A DNA stretch of 54,110 nucleotides from Penicillus capitatus (lineage: Eukaryota; Plantae; Chlorophyta): positions 185,866-239,975 of the forward strand of contig OZ287715.1 of assembly GCA_965649825.1 (NCBI GenBank), read 5' to 3'. The first letter of the stretch is position 1. Each line of letters starts with the position of its first letter. Made by a program: the position numbers and the translations under genes. The notes under the pieces are model-generated. The model did not search any database. It was not told where the DNA came from and saw only the letters and a program-made list of their open reading frames with translations. Below are positions 46,371-54,110 of this stretch, in pieces.

Positions 46371-47334
46371 ACTGCACGCACGTTTCCGATAACTTTTACA
46401 TAAGATTTACTCTTCAGTCATCCGTTGTCCCTAACAAATCGGGTCTACTTGAGGATTGTTCGTTCTAACGAGAGGATCAAAGGCTGCCGCCACATATCCC
46501 ATCCACTGTCTGCAAATAGAGATCCACAGACAGCTTTCTTACATACAGGCCGATTCCCACCCGCACCGTCCGCAAATTGTCACGTATATTAGGCGAATGC
46601 TTAGAGATAGATGTAGGTAGGTACGTACAATCATCATCATCTATGGGCAGATGGATTTCTTCTCGGCTTATAGCACATCAGGACAGCGCTCATGGATATG
46701 GTATACAAACAAACAAACAAACAACAAAGTGAAAAAGACATTCCTCTTCAGCAGAAAAACAATTCGTTCATAGAATGTACAGTCCTACGCCGCACAGTAT
46801 TGGCGTTGAATGAGGACTTCTACGACTCAGTTGAATGTATGACGCGGCGTAGAATGGCAATATGACCACATGTCGCGACAAGGAATACAAGGAACAAACG
46901 ACGTCGTTGTCGAGCCACATGCACTACGAAACTTTGCATCGCGACACATGGGATTGCTCGCACGACTCGGTGGTGTACCACACAAAACACTCGAGGCTCC
47001 TTCACACCACAGCGATGCTAACTCTTCTTGGGCCTCCCATGACAACGACGTCGTCACAGAGACGCTACAGAAGAGGCCGTGAAGGCGGGTGAGGATAAGA
47101 GGGTGTACGTGTTGACGGAGGGAGGCGAGGGAGTCGTTGCATCCCCAAAAGACGACGGCCATGTGTTATCGTTGCCGTCGTCGCAGTGTTTCAGCGATTC
47201 TGAGAGTTGACTTCGAGGCTTCGACATGGCGACGGAGATACACTGACGTCGCAGGCTGTGAAGAACAAGGCAACGTCACGTCACATCATGCTCTCTTGCA
47301 CCGTCTGTTTCGCAGCGAACGAACATACTCTTCG

Positions 47335-48412
47335 ATGCGTACGATTTTGAAGTGTCAGCTCTTTCTGGCATTGACCCAGACGGCTTTCGTTCTGGGAAGT
47401 GTCTATTTCAAATACTCTGTCAATCATGTCGATCGACGGCACCACATCAACCCCGTCGTCTTTGCCTTTATCCGCGAGAGCATTGCTGGGAGTATGATGG
47501 GACTTCTGGCTTACTTAAGTACGAACAGCGTGCCTCGAAGGGGCGACGCCCCAAAGCTTTTCTTTCTTGGACTGGCACTCTACTGCAATCAGCTGTTCTA
47601 TATCATGGGCGTGGATATGTCGGGGGTCGTCGTCGCCACATGTATGCAGCCAGCGATTCCGGTATTTACTGCCGCTATGGCTCTGACCCTCGGTATGGAA
47701 CAGCCATCGCTGTACAAGACCTTCGGTATCCTGATGGCCTCGGCTGGATCCATCTGCATGGTTCACGCTTCTCTCCTGATTGACAGGGAAATGTCACATC
47801 ACGAGTACTTAGGTCGCTGGCGGCGGATTCGATCAAAGCAAGGTGGTCAAAACGGAATCAGATGTCTTGCTCGGCAATATCCTGCTCTTTCTCAACACTA
47901 TCGCCATGGCACTCTATTATATCTATGCTAAGCCCGTGTTGGCAATCTATCCACCCATGGCTGTCGCTGCCTGGGCATATATCATTGCGGCGCTGCTCAT
48001 GGGCTGCACAGCTGTATGGTATAATCGATTCTATCAGCATACTTGGTATCTGCCAGAGGCAGCTTACGGCCCTCTCCTCTACTGGATCGTCGTCTGTTCC
48101 ATCTGTGGCTACTACATCATCGCATGGGCTATGAAACACTTGCCCTCCACTCAGGCGAGACCTGCCTTCCAGTTTCCTACCTCTGTATGTCATGTGATGT
48201 GACAGGTGGCTGCTTTTCAATGCCTGCAACCACTGATAGGAACAACACTTGGTTTCATGATCCTCGGGGAATCGCTAACCGTCTGGGATCTTGGGGCTAT
48301 CGGTGTTATCCTTGGCCTGTTCTTTGTCAACAGAACCATCAAAGAAAAGCCCAAACCCAAAGTATTGCCCAAGATCCACATACATCGACCTGTCTTTCAA
48401 AACGTTAGCTGA
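47335..48412 (+). CDS. EamA/WAT1-like drug-metabolite transporter
   Basis: Multiple TM helices in two EamA repeats (NPVVFAFIRE, CMQPAIPVFTA, FQCLQPLIGTTLGFMILGE). Confidence 0.9.
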
Positions 48413-48590
48413 ATATGAAACAGCTCGTGGGTAAACCCCGAGGGTCTCGTGCATTTGACGTCTCTTACACACACAATCATGTTTCGAGTTTGCCATACAG
48501 GGAGAGGTCTGGCCACAATTATTTCAAAAACACAGCTCGGAGTATCATGCACTGTAATCGTCGTCATTTCTCTTTGCGAATACGAATCGT

Positions 48591-50118
48591 TCAGATGCGA
48601 ATTCCACGGATCGCTGTCATCAGAGGCGATTCCAGCTGCTCGTCGTCATCCTCGTCCGATGACTTGTTTGGATTTGAACGCATCAACATTCGGAACTCCT
48701 CGTAGTCGATCGTCCCGTCCTTGTCAATGTCGGCCGAGTTCAGCAAAGTACTGGCGCTGTCTGACAGGTGAAACTTATCTAGCACCGTTTTGAGCTCGGC
48801 CTCTGTGATGCGACCGTCGCCGTTGAGATCGAAAGCGGCAAAGGCTTTTCTCAACAGTGCCTCCTTCTGCAGCTTAGACAGATGCATCGTCGCCGCCACA
48901 AACTCGTTGTAATCGATCGAGCCGTTGCCGTCCACATCGGCAATGTGCATCACCGCCTCCAGTTCCTCCGGTTTAATACAATGACCCCAATCGGACAGCG
49001 CATCGCGAAGTTCTGTCACTGTGATGTATCCACTCGAATCGGCATCGATACTCTTGAACAGGCGACTCATGCCCACAATCTCTGAGGGGTCTAGGTTCTG
49101 TCCAATCACCAACATAGCGGTCTTCTTCATCCGATTCATCGCAGCGAAGCCTTTGATGCGTTCGATGACAAAACTGTCGATCGGGTCATCCGATGCAGCC
49201 TCTTTCTGCAACCATGGATGTGTGAGAATCTCGGCTGCGGTGGAGCGCCTTGCTGGATCCATCACACAGAGTTTTCGAATACAGTCCTTGGCACCTTCGG
49301 AGAGCGTTGGCCATGGGGCACTGCTGAAATCCAGTTCCCCTTTCAGCACCATTCGGAAGATCTGATCTTCGGTGTCGCCCCAGAAAGGCGGCAGACCAGA
49401 CAACATGATGTAGAGAATCACACCGAGACTCCACATGTCGGCCTCGTGACTGTAGTTCTTTTTCAGCACTTCAGGAGCGACGTAGTAGGGACTGCCCACC
49501 AAATCTCTGAATCGATCACCGTGCGTAAAGAACATGCCCAATCCAAAATCCGTCAGTTTCAGTTGCTGCGTTTCAGGATCTTTGGTCGTGAGGAGAAAAT
49601 TCTCCGGCTTCAAATCGCGATGCATCACACCGAATTCATGACAATGACGAATGACATCGACCATCGTTCGAAAATAGACAGCCGCCTTTTTCTCAGTGAA
49701 ATTCCCCGCCTGGACAATACTGTCAAAAAGCTCGCCGCCGCCACACAGTGTCATCGCAATGTGGACACTGTGTTTGTCTTCGTGTGTCGACTAAGCACGC
49801 ACGAACGAACGCACCAACATCAGTATCCACTCACGTCGAGAGCTGTGCCTTGCTGAGCACCTTAATTGTGACGATGTTGGGATGACCGGCGACGTGGTTC
49901 AGCATAGCGACTTCGCGTTTCACATCTTCGACATCTTCTTTACAGACGAGACGGGACTTGCTTATCGTTTTGCACGCGATCGCATGACCCGTCTCTTTAT
50001 TCACACCGCGTCGCACGACGCCGAAGGCACCCTTTCCGACAACCTCGTTCAACTCGTACAAATCAGTCAGACTGGGCTCGGACGGATCCTTGTCCAGTAT
50101 GCTGTTCAAATAGGACAT
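48591..50118 (-). CDS. Calcium-dependent protein kinase (CDPK/CPK)
   Basis: GKGAFG, HRDLKPENFLL, DFGLG, GSPYYVAPE, autoinhibitory junction FAAMNRMKK, four EF hands (DADSSGYIT, DVDGNGSID, DLNGDGRIT, DIDKDGTID). Confidence 0.97.
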
Positions 50119-50232
50119 TGCGTAACGTCGACCCGAAAATCAGAAATCGAGACGGCAGTAGGTCGGATGACACGTACAACGTCCGTACGCTTTGTTGATA
50201 CCTCTGGAAAACGGTTCCAACAAAAATGCCGT

Positions 50233-51256
50233 TTAATGGCGTGTCTTGAAACGTCCTTTCGTCCGGATGACTCCCCTCCTGACGATACCATGTCCACGGG
50301 GCATCTCTGCGGCTGGATAAAAAGAGTGAGATGCTGCAGAAAAGAGTGAGAGGAGATGTGTACCTTGACGTCGATGTGCGAGTGGTTCGATTTTGAGTGG
50401 CTGACTGCCGAAGGTGTAGCCGTCCAATGTGAGTGCTGCTTTGGCCGCAGCCGGGCGTTTGAAGGCGACGAATGCATATCCTTTGCTGTCGCCCGTTTTG
50501 TGATCTCGAACGATGCGCCAGTTGCGCACCATGTCTTTACACAGTGGCACCAATGCTCCGTCATTGAAGATCTCGAGCAGGGCTTCATCTGAAACGGCGG
50601 CATCCAGGTGTTTGACGCAGATGGAATCGCGCGGGGAGAAGTTTCCTGGATCGATCGTCGCCTTCGTCCTCCGTTCGCGAAAACGACGTTCCCCTGCCAT
50701 GTCGACGCGCAGCGCTCGGCCACGAAACTGCAACGTCTCTGGTCATGCCCATCGACGCAAAAGAGGGCGGTACCTGCGTCATATTGAGCTCCAGAGCGGC
50801 TTGGGCCCCTCGTGGGTGTCGAAAGACGATATAGGCATTGCAGATACCGTCATGCCGGAAGCGCTTGTTATGCATGAGGATGCGTTTCGGTGCATGATCG
50901 CCAGCAACGGCTGGAACTGAGCGCAGCCGAACGGACTCAATATCGCCACATCTGGCAGAAGCAGTCACTCAGACACAAAGATCCCCAAGGCAAACGCACG
51001 AAGCGAAGTGACGTTTCAGTTTCTTCGGGAGCTGTTTGATCTCGAGCGAGAGATTCCCAACGAAAATGGTACGCTCGTGTACCATCTCTGGTTTTTCCTT
51101 CACCGAAGGAGAGCCTTTGGCGAGAGGCGGGGAGGACTGGGAAGGACGTATTGGTGTCAAGTCCGTCTCTTTGATATAAGCGCCTTTGTCGTCGAAGAGT
51201 AAAGCCGTCGCTGCATCGCGTCCTTCTTTGGGAAAGATGTCGTCGAACAGAGACAT
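50233..51256 (-). CDS. NOP12: Two-RRM nucleolar protein, RBM34/Nop12-like
   Basis: RTIFVGNL...LKRHFASCGDIESVRLRSV...CNAYIVF...FRGRALRVD...KGYAFVAF. Confidence 0.78.
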
Positions 51257-51297
51257 GGCACGTCACATCAGGCATCTGCGCGGAGCTGAAACGTTGC

Positions 51298-51760
51298 ATG
51301 GTACTACTGAGCGCTTTGCCGAGGACAATGAGTCGATTTTTGACATCTGCAGGCCACTGCTGTCCTTGTGGGTCTGGGCGTCGCAGCTGCGGCACTCTTG
51401 AGTCGCTCTGCCGTCCAAGCTTTCCAGTCTCTGCGCTATGGACCTCAAAAATTCTATAAGGCAAGGATAGTGCAGTCACATCTGTCCCATCATATCTGTG
51501 CAGGGAGGATTTCTGCCAGAGATGACCCGTCGGGAAGCAGCTCTGATTCTGGGATTACGTGAGAGTGCCGTCGAGGATAAAATCAAAGAAGCACATCGGC
51601 GCATCATTATTGCGAATCATCCCGATGGAGGTCACACTTTTCACAATATCTCACTCTTTCTCAGCCGCCTCTAGGTGGAAGCAGCTACATCGCCGCCAAA
51701 GTGAACGAAGCCAAAGATATGTTATTGGGCAAACGGCAAGGAAAGAACTCGGCCTTTTAA
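51298..51760 (+). CDS. PAM18: Mitochondrial import motor J-protein Pam18/Tim14
   Basis: FYK|GGFLPEMTRREAALILG...HRRIIIANHPDG|GSSYIAAKVNEAKDML. Confidence 0.93.
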
Positions 51761-51854
51761 CTTTCGTTGCAAGATGACACAATACAATAATTCACACTGA
51801 TTTCAAAGAATTCCCGTCTCATACATTCTATCTCACACATATCACCACTGGCAA

Positions 51855-52625
51855 TCACTTCCTCTCACTCTCTTTGTCGGCCTCGCCCCACGAGATATCA
51901 CAGGACTCTTCATCCGCGCACGATTTTGGAGATGCGCTCCAGTAATGCATGTCTTCGATGCCATCGGTGGATCGGCCGGTGAGAGGAAGTCGGTATCTCG
52001 CCCATACATTGTATACAGCATTGGCTAAGCGCTCGGCCGGTTTCCACGAAGTAAAGGCGTAGACCCATCCCAAGCCAACGGCATCATAACATCGCCTGAA
52101 CACTTCGACCCCTTCGATGACATCTCCGTCTGGCAAGATACCGTGAATACGTCCCATGGCCTGCCAAACACCACCTCACCATCTACCGTATGTCTCGCAT
52201 GCGATGGACTTTGCCATAGGAGATGCCGCTGTTCATCTCCGGATCGTATTCTGGAGTGGCAATGTTGACGAAGGAGATCTTGCCGCGACCAGCATCGCGT
52301 TCCTTGAGCATATCGATCTCTTTGAGACATAGCGGGCACTCTCCATCATACAGCAACCGAATATCCCACAGCCTTTCACTATCTGCGTGACCAACACCCT
52401 CGATGGGTCACGCCTCGCCACCACAGACGCATGTCAAACCTCGCACCACCGAGGCGTCTGAGGTGGCCGTACGGAGAGAGAAAAGCACACGGCTGTTGAG
52501 AAACGGCCTGGTGTGTCTCAGCGTTCGAGCACCGAGCTGCTGCCGTGCCTGTCGTGCAAGAGCTGCCTGTCAACATTCCACCATTCTTCACACCACCTTT
52601 TAACCGGTTGTTCCCTTGCCTGCAT
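51855..52625 (-). CDS. DCC1-like thiol-disulfide oxidoreductase (DUF393) with organellar targeting peptide
   Basis: IRLLYDGECPLCLKEI...AMGRIHGILPDG...GVEVFRRCYDAVGLGW. Confidence 0.85.
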
Positions 52626-52793
52626 GATAACGGCGACGACTGACGATGATCGCAAATGTAGAGTTCGTCTTTACGGGACGCGGCGAGATAAGGAGCTCAG
52701 ATGAACGCACGTAGGTAACAGCTATGGCGCAGAAACATGTTTTTAGTCAAGGGTTTATTATGAAATGCGTCATGTCTTATCATCATCTCTGGT

Positions 52794-54110
52794 TCAGAAT
52801 TCGCCGTCTTCTTCTCTCTCGGTCACTCTTTCGAGAAAAGTGCGCGATTTTAAAGAGTGACTCGAGACAGATGCATGACTTCCTTGGTAGTCCTCCAGAA
52901 CCTCCAATTCGCCAGAGAGAAACTCCAGGCGTCGCAGAATCTTCCGTTCCATTTCGTGGATCGTCTGCTTCATCTCTTTGGTCGTGCTCACCAATCGCGT
53001 CTCCGTCAGATCCAGACGATCCCAAAGACTGTCCAAATTCACTGCTTTCTTTGGACTCAGCTTCAGAATATGCACATAGGTAGGATTCCATCGACTGATA
53101 AGCCACGATGGCATCGTCGTCTCTAGCTCATCAATAATCTGCGCCTTACTGCAGAGATTCCACAGATGCTCGTCTTCCATCACCTATACAGCACTTGTTT
53201 GCGTTCTTGGCCGTGGAGATCCGTCTGACCTTAGAGTAGGAATCGGTCATGATGGCAATGAGGAGATTGAGAAGCATGATGGCCATCACTGCTTCGTACA
53301 GCACGAAGAAGGCCACCGAGATAATGGGATCCGGATCCTTGGTATCGTAGAAGATATCGGTGTCGAATCCACCCAACATAAAACTGAACATCGTCACCAC
53401 GGCATGCCACACTTCGCTGAATTCCTATGACCCATGCACACATGTGATCTCACACTAATCACACTTTTGTGCGACGGACATCGACTTCCTTGTTCTTGCG
53501 GAACAGGATGTGGAAAGCCAAGGCAAAGGAGAAGAGTGTCAGCAAGATGAACAGCAGAAACCACTTGACATCCGAAATGACGACCTTTAGCGTATCCACC
53601 AAAGAACTCTTCGCTGAGGCAAATACTCTACACGCAATCACACTCTCACTCTTTTGACGTTGTGTGAGAGGCAACGAGATACGAACCTTGAGAAGTATTG
53701 AACCTTTGCAAAGAGGAAGATGCATTGCACGGCCATCAGCACCGAAAACCACTCTGCCTCGACGCCCTGGCGGGAGATGTAGACGATGCAGGTGATAAGC
53801 TGAACACTGTAGGTCACGATGTCCAACAGATTCCACATAGAGAACCAATTGAAGCCATAGTCCAGCATGGTGTTCGCCTCGATCAGCACAAAGGGACACA
53901 TAAACAGTACGGAGAGAAGATTCAGAATGATCTTGGCTTTGCCAGACGTGGATTTCTCCCAGACATCTCCATAGTCTAAGCCCAAGTCCTCATTCTATCA
54001 ACAACAGCAATTTCCTTGCACGGAGACGTGGGCGACGACAGGGGGACTTGGAAGAGGATGATGAAGACGGTGTAGGACACCAGCCAGCAGAGGTAGAGGA
54101 TGAACTCGTA
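52794..54110 (-). CDS. TRP-like cation channel, 3' part (5' end lies beyond the window)
   Basis: TM helices (WFSMWNLLD, KWFLLFILLTLFSFALAFHILF), pore loop (TMFSFMLGGFD), S6 IMLLNLLIAIMTDSY and TRP-box-like LWNLCSKAQIIDE. Confidence 0.85.

Larger units (their letters stand above)
22226..53654. other. Dispersed intronic 11-mer TCTCACTCTTT / AAAGAGTGAGA (10 exact copies found)
   Basis: Exact copies start at 22226, 22440, 23202, 23338, 25885, 31631, 50321, 50341, 51649 and 53644; all lie in short introns. Confidence 0.85.

Noticed and set aside
46700-46726. (CAAA)n microsatellite
   Set aside because: Ordinary short intergenic simple repeat.

Overview
Eukaryotic nuclear DNA from a green alga with a compact genome: nuclear-encoded plastid SecA, a CDPK, standard genetic code, and introns mostly 43-61 bp. 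The finer lineage cannot be fixed from sequence alone. The window has two zones. (1) About 1-17 kb is a rearranged, subtelomere-like accessory zone. It begins with a 13-unit GC-rich 22/23-bp tandem array fused to the exact 5' 173 bp of a LINE, followed by a decayed gene and permuted fragments of a Cys-rich secreted-protein family. Next is a scrambled Ty3/Gypsy remnant carrying a fragment of a second LINE ORF1 and one isolated copy of the array unit, then a nearly intact APE-type (I-group-like) LINE and two further Cys-rich paralogues. (2) About 17-54 kb is densely packed housekeeping genes: SQT1/AAMP, syntaxin, PRCC, EMC4, SecA, Ran (with a probable intronic C/D snoRNA), RCC1-UBA-HECT ligase, MetRS, pseudo-trypsin-Kazal-trefoil protein, Mpv17, BCL7-like, RPL27, EamA, CDPK, NOP12, PAM18, DCC and a TRP channel. 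The most interesting signals are a possible retroelement-built non-canonical chromosome end, an 11-bp motif found only in tiny introns in both orientations, and an unusually high number of GC-AG introns. All calls come from manual reading and recalled motifs; no searches were run.
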